This document shows positions 55,969 to 63,925 of a DNA stretch of 64,000 nt, piece by piece; the first letter of the stretch is position 1; every line of letters begins with the position of its first letter. The DNA is taken from positions 30,166 through 94,165 of the forward strand of contig CABRHX010000006.1 of the NCBI GenBank assembly GCA_902470805.1, read 5' to 3'. The notes beneath the pieces were generated by a model that was given only the letters and a program-made list of their open reading frames with translations, was not told the DNA's origin and did no database searches. Position numbers and translations under genes: made by a program. This DNA comes from an uncultured Collinsella sp. GTDB lineage: Bacteria; Actinomycetota; Coriobacteriia; Coriobacteriales; Coriobacteriaceae.

Positions 55969-56835
55969 TTATTTGCCTGAAGCTACGCCCATGCCGTAGC
56001 CGATGATGAGGCCGTGCATCTCGGCGTAATAGGAATCCAGGCCGTTGCAGGGCATGATGATGGTCTTGGAGCCGGGCCAATGTTCGACTATGCGATCAGT
56101 AAGCGCCTGGGCTCCAGCTTCGTTCTCAACGTGATCGATGATGACCTCACCGCCCGTAAAGCCCTCGGCTTCCATAGTGTCGATGATCTTGTTGAGCATC
56201 TTCTTTTCGCCACGCGTGTGCCCGACGAGTTCGATTTTACCGGCCTCACTCGCCGTGCCCAAAATGCGGATATTGAGCTTGTTGGCAATGACGCCGGCTG
56301 CCTTAGGGATACGTCCGGCTTTGGCGAGGTTTTCGTAATTGCACAAACTGAAGAGGATTTTGCTGTTCTGTTCAAGGCTATCGAAGTATGCGCAAGCGTC
56401 CTCGAATGAGACATTCGGATTGCTTGCAAGATAGCGGTCGAACAGCAAGAAAATGAGGTCCATTTTGCCGCCAGCTGCGCGTGAATTGACTAGATGAATC
56501 TGTCGGTCGGGCTCCTCGGCAAGAACCATATCGCGAGCCGTGGCTGCCGCGTTGTAGCTGCCCGACACGCCCTCAGAGATCGGCATGCAGATGGTCTTGT
56601 CTGCCAATTTGAAGAGCTCGGCCCACTCCCCTACGCTGGGACAAGCGCTCGAAGAAGCGTTCGTCTCCGCCTGAACAGCGCAGTTGAGCTCATGAACATC
56701 GAGCGAAAGGTCATCGACGAATTCATGCTCCCCCACTCGAATTTTGAGGGGCGCAAATGCAAAGGTGGTATGGGGCGCGGTCGGTTGCCAATCGCGGAGG
56801 TTGCAGCTTGAATCGGAGATAAGTGCCCAGCTCAT
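55969..56835 (-). CDS. degV: DegV family fatty-acid-binding protein
   Basis: ALISDSSCNL..., MPISEGVSGSYNAA and overall DegV/FakB-like length (288 aa). Confidence 0.85.
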   Translation of the reverse strand: MSWALISDSSCNLRDWQPTAPHTTFAFAPLKIRVGEHEFVDDLSLDVHELNCAVQAETNASSSACPSVGEWAELFKLADKTICMPISEGVSGSYNAAATARDMVLAEEPDRQIHLVNSRAAGGKMDLIFLLFDRYLASNPNVSFEDACAYFDSLEQNSKILFSLCNYENLAKAGRIPKAAGVIANKLNIRILGTASEAGKIELVGHTRGEKKMLNKIIDTMEAEGFTGGEVIIDHVENEAGAQALTDRIVEHWPGSKTIIMPCNGLDSYYAEMHGLIIGYGMGVASGK

Positions 56836-56895
56836 AGAGGGTCCTTTCTAATTGTTCCTCAACAATTATAGCCATCTTGCAAACTGAATGTGCAG

Positions 56896-56920
56896 CTATC
56901 TAGTTTTGAATACTAGATAG
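56896..56920. promoter_or_regulatory. operator-like palindrome CTATCTAGT-N7-ACTAGATAG upstream of degV
   Basis: Perfect 9-bp inverted repeat, 61-85 nt upstream of the degV start. ACTAGATA recurs at 55239-55246, upstream of the DUF1836 gene. Confidence 0.4.
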
Positions 56921-56933
56921 ACGCACAATATTA

Positions 56934-56976
56934 GAGAAAAACGAATGGACCTCGCGACTTAAAGCCACGAGGTCCA
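56934..56976 (-). terminator. terminator of the NlpC/P60 gene
   Basis: TGGACCTCG-N13-CGAGGTCCA. On the minus strand it is followed by TTCGTTTTTCT. Confidence 0.7.
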
Positions 56977-57000
56977 CATTCACACGCTGTGTAAGATGAC

Positions 57001-58128
57001 TTAGTAACGCACGAAGATATAGTTATTGTTCATGCCGGCGGCAACGGAGCTGATGATGACACCCGTGTTGTAGTCGGAAGCATGAATCATCTGACCACCA
57101 CCGATGTAAATGCCGGTGTGGTACGAGTTGACCACAACGTCACCGGGCTGCGGATCGGACACACGCGTCCAGCCCATAAAGGTACCCGTGGTGCCCAGGC
57201 GGCAATAGCGACCAGTGAGGCAATAGCTAACAAAACCAGAGCAGTCGAAGCTGTTCGGGCCAATTCCGCCCCAGGAATAAGCGCAACCAAGCTTACTGTA
57301 CGCACGCGAGACAACAGAGCCGCCATCGACGGACTGGCTCGGAACAGAAGGCGTCGGAGCCGGAGCAGGCGTGGAGGGCTGCGGCGTCGGAGCAGGTGCC
57401 GGCGTAGGAGCCGGAGTGTTGCCGCCCTGGTTGTTGTTATTGCTGGTCTGGCCACCGTTGTTGGTGTTTCCGGTCGTACCGGCAGTCTCGTTGCTCACCG
57501 TGGCCTTCTCGGCGGTACTGGCGTTGATGCCGGCCTGCAGCGCGGCGTTGGCCTCGGCCTCTGCGGCAAGCTCGGCTTGCAGCTGCGAATCCAGGGAGTT
57601 TACGACGTTCTGGGCTTCAGCCTGCTGGGCGTTAAGCTCGTCGACCTTCTTTTGCGTGGCTGCGACGTTCTTTTCCTGCTCGGACTGCTTATCGGTGAGC
57701 TGCTGCTTAAGCTCCTTGACCTCTTGAATGGTCTGAGCTTGCTTATCGGAGACTTTGCCGTAGTAGAACAGACGGTTGAGCATATCGCTCAGGTCGTCAA
57801 CGCCCGTTAGAACCTGAAGCAGGCTCAGACCGCCGGTCTTGTACTCGCCGGCGACATAGGTCGAGAGCTTGGCCTGACCGTCAGCAATCTCCTGCTGCTT
57901 TTGCGTGATCTCGCCAGCAGTCTGATCGAGCGCCTGCGTCTGCGTGGCGAGCTCATCGTAAATCTGCTGGGTTTGGGTACCGATCTGCTCGAGCTTCGTA
58001 CGAGCAGCGGCAAGGTCGGATGCGGTATCGGCGTAGGCAGGAGCCGCGAGGCCCAAGCCCAAAACACAAGCGAGGGTTGCCGTAGCAGCGCAGCGTGCCA
58101 TGTTTTTGTGCGTGTTTGCTGTGCGCAT
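57001..58128 (-). CDS. secreted C40 (NlpC/P60) peptidoglycan endopeptidase with N-terminal coiled coil
   Basis: Signal peptide, Q/E/A-rich coiled coil, P/T linker, and catalytic domain (FDCSGFVSYC...YHTGIYIGGGQMIHAS). Confidence 0.88.
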   Translation of the reverse strand: MRTANTHKNMARCAATATLACVLGLGLAAPAYADTASDLAAARTKLEQIGTQTQQIYDELATQTQALDQTAGEITQKQQEIADGQAKLSTYVAGEYKTGGLSLLQVLTGVDDLSDMLNRLFYYGKVSDKQAQTIQEVKELKQQLTDKQSEQEKNVAATQKKVDELNAQQAEAQNVVNSLDSQLQAELAAEAEANAALQAGINASTAEKATVSNETAGTTGNTNNGGQTSNNNNQGGNTPAPTPAPAPTPQPSTPAPAPTPSVPSQSVDGGSVVSRAYSKLGCAYSWGGIGPNSFDCSGFVSYCLTGRYCRLGTTGTFMGWTRVSDPQPGDVVVNSYHTGIYIGGGQMIHASDYNTGVIISSVAAGMNNNYIFVRY

Positions 58129-58160
58129 GTAGCTTCCTTTCCAGTAACTAAGGGTAACGG

Positions 58161-58691
58161 CTAGTCCACCGTCACCAGGCTAAAGAGCTCCACATCGTCG
58201 TCAGTCGACGTGAGCTTCTCGCGCGGGTTGAGAAACGCAAGCTCAAGGATACACCCGTAGCCCACAAGCTTTGCGCCCATATCTCGCACCAGTTTACCTG
58301 TTGCCTCGACGGTTCCGCCCGTCGCGACCAAGTCGTCCAGAATCAACACGGTATCTTTAGAGCTGATAGCGTCGGCATGGATCTCAATTGAATCGGTGCC
58401 GTACTCGAGCTCGTAGCTCTGGCTTACGGTCTCGCGCGGCAGCTTGCCCGGTTTACGTGCGGGAACAAAGCCGGCGCCCAGAGCGACGGCCACGGGAACG
58501 CCCACCATAAAGCCGCGAGCCTCGGGACCTACGACCTTGGTGATTCCCATGCCGGCAAAGTGCTCGGCGAGGGCATCGGTCATGGCTTTGAGCGCCTCGG
58601 AATTGCCGAAGAGCGGCGTGATGTCTTTAAAGATGACTCCGGGCTCGGGATAGTCGGGGATGTCGACGATTTGAGATTCGAAGTCGTACAT
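58161..58691 (-). CDS. apt: adenine phosphoribosyltransferase
   Basis: YPEPGVIFKDITPLF and PRPP motif VLILDDLVATGGT. Confidence 0.93.
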   Translation of the reverse strand: MYDFESQIVDIPDYPEPGVIFKDITPLFGNSEALKAMTDALAEHFAGMGITKVVGPEARGFMVGVPVAVALGAGFVPARKPGKLPRETVSQSYELEYGTDSIEIHADAISSKDTVLILDDLVATGGTVEATGKLVRDMGAKLVGYGCILELAFLNPREKLTSTDDDVELFSLVTVD

Positions 58692-58731
58692 TGCATGACC
58701 TTTCAATGGGTTCCCGAAATTTCAGCAGCGG

Positions 58732-59610
58732 TTATTTGCCCGCGGTGGCGGTGCCGGATTGCGAAGGGGCGACGACCTTGAGCGGCTTTACGAGAGAATC
58801 CTCGTGTGAAGCCGGCGCGACTGTCTCTTCGTTTTTGGCCTTGGTGGACTCGGAGCGAGTGATTTCCTCATCGAGTGCATCGATGTCGGCGTCCTCGACC
58901 ACGGCGTTGAGCGACTCAAAAACGCGGTTCTTGAGCAGCGCGGTGTGCACGCCCTCCGTCAGGTCGTGAAGCTTCTTAAACGCACGCTCGAGCTTGGCGT
59001 CGCGCTCGTCATCGGAGGTGTCCATGCCGAGCATGCTCACGAGCACCTGCTCAAACATCGAGGACTCGCGGTTGGCGGAAGACACGTACTGACGCAGGTT
59101 GCGGGGCTCGATATGGAAGCGCGACAGCTCAGAGCAGTAGCGGATGATCGGAAAATCGCGGCCATCGACGAGCTCACGATTCTGCGGACTCTTGATGATG
59201 CGAATGAGGTCGTTCTCGGCGAGCGAGCGGATAAACGAAATCTCGACGCCCAGCATATCGGGAATGGTCTCGATGGGATGTAGCTTTTGCTTAGTCTCCT
59301 TGGGTTCCGTCTTGAGTGGAACATCGGACAGCAAGCCCACCTCGTAGGCGAGCGTTGACAGGTCCGTGGCGTTTTCCAAGCGCTGCTTAATTACGTTGAG
59401 CGGCATGTAGCGAGTCTTCTGCAAGTGCAGAATGACCTCCAGGCGATCAACGTCCTCCTTGGAGTACTGACGGTATCCCTTAGGCGTACGATGAGGGGTA
59501 ATGAGCCCCTCATCCTCTAGAAATCTAATTTTTGAGTTCGAAAGATCGGGGTATGCGCCTCGAAGTAGGTTGACGACTTGGCCGATACTCAGATAGTTGC
59601 GTTCGGCCAT
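58732..59610 (-). CDS. MerR family transcriptional regulator
   Basis: N-terminal MerR HTH (LSIGQVVNLLRGAYPDLSNSKIRFLEDEGLITPHRTPKGYRQYSKEDVDRLEVIL). A second MerR-like region and an acidic tail follow. Confidence 0.85.
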   Translation of the reverse strand: MAERNYLSIGQVVNLLRGAYPDLSNSKIRFLEDEGLITPHRTPKGYRQYSKEDVDRLEVILHLQKTRYMPLNVIKQRLENATDLSTLAYEVGLLSDVPLKTEPKETKQKLHPIETIPDMLGVEISFIRSLAENDLIRIIKSPQNRELVDGRDFPIIRYCSELSRFHIEPRNLRQYVSSANRESSMFEQVLVSMLGMDTSDDERDAKLERAFKKLHDLTEGVHTALLKNRVFESLNAVVEDADIDALDEEITRSESTKAKNEETVAPASHEDSLVKPLKVVAPSQSGTATAGK

Positions 59611-59613
59611 GCC

Positions 59614-60048
59614 CTACTCACCGGTTTCGATGCGCTCCGGCGTGCTCTCGTGGTAGATGAGCGTAAACGTACCGATCTGGACGGAAGAACCGTCGTGCAG
59701 CGGGGCTGCATTGACGATGGCACCGTCGACCCAGGTGCCATTGAGCGAGCCCAAGTCCTCGATGCGAGCGCCGAGGCCCTCGCGAATAATGCGCGCGTGG
59801 CTGCGCGAAACGGTCATGTCATTGAGGAAGATGCCGTTTGCAGGATCGCGGCCGATGGTGGTCACGTCGTCCTCGAGCTCAAAAGCGGCACCAGTCTGCG
59901 GACCCTTGACGATGGACAGAACGGGGGCGGTGATGCGCACGTTGGCCATGAGGTCGGGAACGGTGACGTCGCTTGAAGGCACGCGGAATACGCAGGTAGC
60001 GTCAGCAGTCTTATCATTCTGAGGCATATTGTTAACCATGTTGTCCAT
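59614..60048 (-). CDS. garA: FHA-domain protein of the GarA/OdhI type
   Basis: FHA core (TTIGRDPANGIFLNDMTVSRSHARII...LGSLNGTWVDG...VQIGTFTLIY). The N-terminal DATCVFRVP resembles the ETTSVFR phospho-acceptor motif of GarA. Confidence 0.8.
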   Translation of the reverse strand: MDNMVNNMPQNDKTADATCVFRVPSSDVTVPDLMANVRITAPVLSIVKGPQTGAAFELEDDVTTIGRDPANGIFLNDMTVSRSHARIIREGLGARIEDLGSLNGTWVDGAIVNAAPLHDGSSVQIGTFTLIYHESTPERIETGE

Positions 60049-60114
60049 GACAACCCCTAACTTATCGCGGACGTGCCGCAAATAATGAACCGTACGTAAT
60101 CATACCCCAACGAA

Positions 60115-60909
60115 TCAGTCTTCGATTTCAGGGTTCAGAAAGTCGATGTCCTCGTCCTCGGGATGCGCGAGAGCCTGTTTAATGGCCGCTCCGCCCTTAA
60201 TGGAATAGATGACAGCCGTGAGCATGGAGAAGATCACGCCGCCGTACACAAAGAAGATGCCGAGGGGCACCGAGCTTCCGTTGAGGCCCGGGAAGGCCGT
60301 AAGGGTTGAAGGTAAAAGATGCAGGCCGTCAACAACGGGGAACCCGAGCAGCATGAGCGAGAAGCCGGTCATGAGCAGCGCTGTGGCAATTTTTCCGGGA
60401 AAGACGACATCGATGGGGCGACGGTGATAATGACGCACGATAAGCGTGCCGATGCCCAGATAGATGTCGCGGCCAATAATGAGCACGCAGACCCAGATGG
60501 GCAGCTCTCCGCGGACCACCAGTCCCAGCACGCCGGTGAACAGCAGCGCGCGGTCGCAAATGGGATCCATGACCTTGCCGAGCCACGAGACCGTCTTAGT
60601 CATGCGGGCGATCTGCCCGTCCATCCAGTCGGTGGAGGCGGCAACGGCGTAGATAGCGATGGCGATGACGCGGTTGTTATCCGTCACAAACAGGTACAGA
60701 AATACCAGGGTGAGGATCAGGCGCGTAAAGGTGATGAAATTGGAGATCGTAAAGATCTTATTCGACGGGTAATCGGAAGTGCCGATAAGCTCCTTTTTGA
60801 TCTTCTTTTTGATGCCCACAGGACTCCCCCGCTGGTTAACGACAAAACTTTCGATACTATACCCGTTCCGGCGATGTCTATCCAGCGCAGCCATAGAGAG
60901 TCCAGACAT
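60115..60909 (-). CDS. CDP-alcohol phosphatidyltransferase family protein (start uncertain)
   Basis: DWMDGQIARMTKTVSWLGKVMDPICDR (Dx2DGx2ARx8Gx3Dx3D) and multiple TM helices. Alternative starts lie at 60942 and 60894. Confidence 0.8.
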   Translation of the reverse strand: MSGLSMAALDRHRRNGYSIESFVVNQRGSPVGIKKKIKKELIGTSDYPSNKIFTISNFITFTRLILTLVFLYLFVTDNNRVIAIAIYAVAASTDWMDGQIARMTKTVSWLGKVMDPICDRALLFTGVLGLVVRGELPIWVCVLIIGRDIYLGIGTLIVRHYHRRPIDVVFPGKIATALLMTGFSLMLLGFPVVDGLHLLPSTLTAFPGLNGSSVPLGIFFVYGGVIFSMLTAVIYSIKGGAAIKQALAHPEDEDIDFLNPEIED

Positions 60910-61065
60910 GTGGAGGGTGCTATTGGGCGGGGGATTTCGCATTCGTGTTCATCAGCCTCCAAACATGTCGAAAAATGTCGATTATGGTGGCTGATGTACA
61001 CGTTTTGATTCGGTAATCACATCGAGCGGGAACGTTGTTGCTTTAAGCAAAATAATCATGGTGAT

Positions 61066-61102
61066 TAAAAACAAAAAAGGTCAGGCACTAGGTGCCTGAC
61101 CT
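61066..61102 (-). terminator. terminator following the tRNA-Pro 3' end
   Basis: AGGTCAGGCAC-TAG-GTGCCTGACCT. On the minus strand it is followed by TTTTTTGTTTTT. Confidence 0.75.
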
Positions 61103-61111
61103 GCAAACTTC

Positions 61112-61156
61112 TGGTCGGGACGACTGGATTCGAACCAGCGACCCCTTAACCCCCAG
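61112..61156 (-). pseudogene. 3' fragment of tRNA-Pro(GGG) (anticodon loop through CCA); probable att site of the adjacent integrated element
   Basis: The minus strand reads CTGGGGG-TTAAG-GGGTC-GCTGG-TTCGAAT-CCAGT-CGTCCCG-A-CCA. No CGGGACG 5' acceptor strand, D arm or 5' anticodon stem is present upstream. Confidence 0.7.
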
Positions 61157-61406
61157 CGGGGTCAGAATGACCCTGACCTGTGCTTATTTTGTTAAAATAC
61201 GCTCAATTAGCGCAAGTAGCGCATTTCCGCATAAGTAAATTTTACCAGCTCAGCGCGGTTTGTCCAGATAGCATATTATCGGCTTCGAGGAGCGCGGTGC
61301 AGCCGATGACTTAATCAACGGGGGTAGGAGCCCCGAATCGTCGTCTCTCCGGGTTCCCGCAGGTGGGCCCATCTGTTTCTAATCAACTGCGGATTTAGGA
61401 GCAGAC

Positions 61407-62897
61407 ATGCAGAACGAGAAATGCAGCAATAAAACCTTACGCATATGCGGACCCGGCGGCGTGAGGAAGAACAAGGGCAAATGGCAGGCCGTCGTGACGG
61501 TGGCGGACGAGATGACCGGGAAGAAGGTCCAGAGGACCAAGAACACCGGCGTGCCCTGCCTGAAGCAGAGCACGAGGGGAAAAGCGGCGGCGATGCGCTT
61601 CCTCTCGGAATTCAGGTCGGAGATCGAGTCTGAGCTCGCCGAGGCGGAGAAGACGAGGGCCGCTATCGGCGCCGGGCTTCCCGCCGAACAGCGGGACGAC
61701 TACGCCGCGCTGCCGCTCTCCGAGGCGCTCGAGAAGTTCATCGACTTCTGCCTGGAGATGAACAGAATCACCCCGACGACCCGCGACGACTACCACTACA
61801 GCGCCCTCCATATCGAGCGCGACGATCTCGGTCTCGTCCCCGTGAACGAGGTGACGACCGATGGCGTCAACGCGTGGTCGAAGCGCAGGATCGCCCTGGG
61901 CACAGCGCCGGACACTCTCAACAAGTCCTTCAAGCTCGGCAAGCGGCTCTACGCCGTCCTGCTGAAGAGGAGCAACGACACGATCGGGAGGAACCCGTTC
62001 GACGGCGCCCTCGCGCCCAGGGTCATCGCCAAGCCCAGGAACGCGCTGCGCTCCGACCTCGTGCCGAAGCTCAACTCGGTGACCTCGATGATGTCGGACT
62101 CGACTTTCAGGAGGGCGGTCGTGCTCTCCCTGCACACGGGGATGCGCATCGGCGAGGTCTGCGGCCTGCGGTGGTGCGACGTCGACTTCGAGTCGGGTCT
62201 CATCACGGTCAGGCACTCCGTGGCCTACGTCAAGGACAGGGGCTCCTTCATCAAGGACACCAAGAACCATGACCTGAGGACGATCCCCATCGACCCGGTG
62301 GGCCTGCTCCCCTTCCTGAAGGAGATCCACGAGATCGATTCGCGGAGGCTCCGGGAGGCGTCGACCCTCGGCCTGCGCGACCTCGCGGACAGCTACGTCG
62401 TGTCGCGGCCGGACGGCTCCTTCGCCACCACCAGCTACATCCGCAGGGCGTTCAAGACGTTCTCGGAGACCAACGGCCTCATGGGCACGAACGACGAGCT
62501 GATCACCTTCCACGGCCTTCGCCACACGTTCGCGACGCAGTGGATCCGCCATGGCGGCGACATCAAGGCGCTGCAGTCGATCCTCGGGCACAAGGACGCC
62601 ATGGTCACGCTCAACGTCTACGCCGACATCGAGCCGATGTCCAAGATCCAGAACATGCTGCGCGTGTCGCCGAGCCTGTGGCGCGGCTACCTCGGCCTGA
62701 GGGTGGACCCCGGCCCCATGTTCCAGCAGAAGATCCGCGAGGCGATCGAGACGCTCGAGGCGTTCGGCTACGGCATCTCCGAGCCCGACGACCGCAACGT
62801 CCTCATCCGCGACGTCCAGACCATCAGCCGCCTCTACCCCACCGAGTACGCGGCAGTGCTGGGGGCCATCCCGACCGAGGCGACTTTGGTCGAGTAG
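61407..62897 (+). CDS. int: tyrosine-type site-specific integrase
   Basis: LHTGMRIGEVCGLRW (Arg I), HGLRHTFAT, LGHKDAMVTLNVYAD (His-X-X-Arg ... Tyr), and SAM-like N-domain. Frequent AGG Arg codons, unlike the flanking core genes. Confidence 0.9.
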   Translation: MQNEKCSNKTLRICGPGGVRKNKGKWQAVVTVADEMTGKKVQRTKNTGVPCLKQSTRGKAAAMRFLSEFRSEIESELAEAEKTRAAIGAGLPAEQRDDYAALPLSEALEKFIDFCLEMNRITPTTRDDYHYSALHIERDDLGLVPVNEVTTDGVNAWSKRRIALGTAPDTLNKSFKLGKRLYAVLLKRSNDTIGRNPFDGALAPRVIAKPRNALRSDLVPKLNSVTSMMSDSTFRRAVVLSLHTGMRIGEVCGLRWCDVDFESGLITVRHSVAYVKDRGSFIKDTKNHDLRTIPIDPVGLLPFLKEIHEIDSRRLREASTLGLRDLADSYVVSRPDGSFATTSYIRRAFKTFSETNGLMGTNDELITFHGLRHTFATQWIRHGGDIKALQSILGHKDAMVTLNVYADIEPMSKIQNMLRVSPSLWRGYLGLRVDPGPMFQQKIREAIETLEAFGYGISEPDDRNVLIRDVQTISRLYPTEYAAVLGAIPTEATLVE

Positions 62898-62996
62898 AGG
62901 CTGATGTATGCGCTTTCCCAAATCCGTAGTGCAAGTACGGGAATGTGGAATCGCGTTGAGATAGATTCTACCCGGTCATCTCAGTGACGTAAATGC

Positions 62997-63040
62997 GGCA
63001 CGGGTTTCCGCAGACGCGGATGCCCGTGCCTATCTTTTTT
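62997..63040 (+). terminator. terminator after int
   Basis: Compound hairpin GGCACGGG..TCCGC-AGAC-GCGGA..CCCGTGCC followed by TATCTTTTTT. Confidence 0.8.
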
Positions 63041-63261
63041 GATTGCCTAATGTGTTTGCTGGAATGCAGATGGGGTCCCGCGACTCAGGCTGGGGATTTT
63101 CGGCCGCGGTAGTGTCGAGAAAGTTGGTGTTAACTACGGCGCAGTCGTTAATGCTGCTGCAGCGGCTATAGTTTATATGAAGGCGGTTGCTATCGAGTAA
63201 TTAACACTTGGTTTGATTCGATTGTGAATGCGTAACTAGGACGGAAAGCAAAGGAAGTTCT

Positions 63262-63582
63262 ATGGAAACAGAGGATGCTGTCTGCTTGATGACTTCGATT
63301 GCCCTGATTATCCTTTCAATCCAATACAGAAGAGGAAGATGGCTCTGCTCAATTGCTGGATATGATGTCACAAAAAGGGAGAGCGGGATTGATATACGCC
63401 CTTACGCAAAGTTGATTTCTTCTGTGACGCTATGGATGGGTCTGCTGTTTTTCTTGTTGGCGGTAGAGGGCTGGGTGCGCGATTGGAATACCAGTGTTTT
63501 TGAAGTTTCGGTTCTACTTCTGTTCAGCTTGGCCTCTTTGTCGTTCGTGCGGCTAGTTAGGTTTGTGTTTATGAGGCGATAG
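63262..63582 (+). CDS. hypothetical small membrane protein (3 predicted TM), island cargo
   Basis: AAAGGAAG SD 6 nt before the ATG. Hydrophobic segments SIALIILSI, VTLWMGLLFFLLAV and VSVLLLFSLASLSFV. Visibly lower GC than the core genes. Confidence 0.55.
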   Translation: METEDAVCLMTSIALIILSIQYRRGRWLCSIAGYDVTKRESGIDIRPYAKLISSVTLWMGLLFFLLAVEGWVRDWNTSVFEVSVLLLFSLASLSFVRLVRFVFMRR

Positions 63583-63691
63583 CCAGTGGAAGCGCTTCGG
63601 GAGGCCCCGACGGCACCTCTCTCAAAAAATAGGAGCATGGCCTGAGAGCACCCATGGGCGACCCTTCCCCCGTTTGGCTGGGCGGCGGCGT

Positions 63692-63763
63692 GTAGTCCTG
63701 TAGGCGTGTAGCCGTGTGGCGATGTAGCGCGCTACGGATGTAGCCGCGTAGCGGCGTAGGCTG
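63692..63763. repeat. nine-unit degenerate octamer array with strict 8-bp period (GTAGNCNN)
   Basis: GTAG at 63692, 63700, 63708, 63724, 63740, 63748 and 63756. GTGG at 63716. CTAC (inverted) at 63732. TAG stops appear in all three + frames. Confidence 0.85.
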
Positions 63764-63925
63764 AAACATATTCCCAATCCGGGAATGCACATATATATAA
63801 GTGCAATCGCTTTGCCGTAGATGGGAAACCCGTCGTCTGGGCGGGACCGGTGAGCCGGACGGCGAATGCGAAAGGCCGGATGCGGTCGATGCCCTGAATG
63901 ATGTCTCGACACATGGGAGGGGCAG

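Noticed and set aside
58129-58160. Cyclic-di-AMP (ydaO-type) riboswitch upstream of the NlpC/P60 hydrolase gene, as is common in Actinobacteria
   Set aside because: Only 32 nt separate the gene from the apt stop codon, which leaves no room for a riboswitch. The gene is probably co-transcribed with apt.
61112-61190. Intact tRNA gene on the minus strand
   Set aside because: Only positions ~32-76 of a tRNA-Pro are present. No 5' acceptor strand (CGGGACG), D arm or 5' anticodon stem is found. The adjacent GGTCAG-N7-CTGACC hairpin does not fit tRNA geometry.
63051-63200. Bacteriocin-like hydrophobic reading frame ...VGVNYGAVVNAAAAAIVYMKAVAIE* downstream of int
   Set aside because: The frame opens after a TAA at 63048. 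It has no ATG, GTG or TTG start before the late internal ATG at 63177, and no SD.
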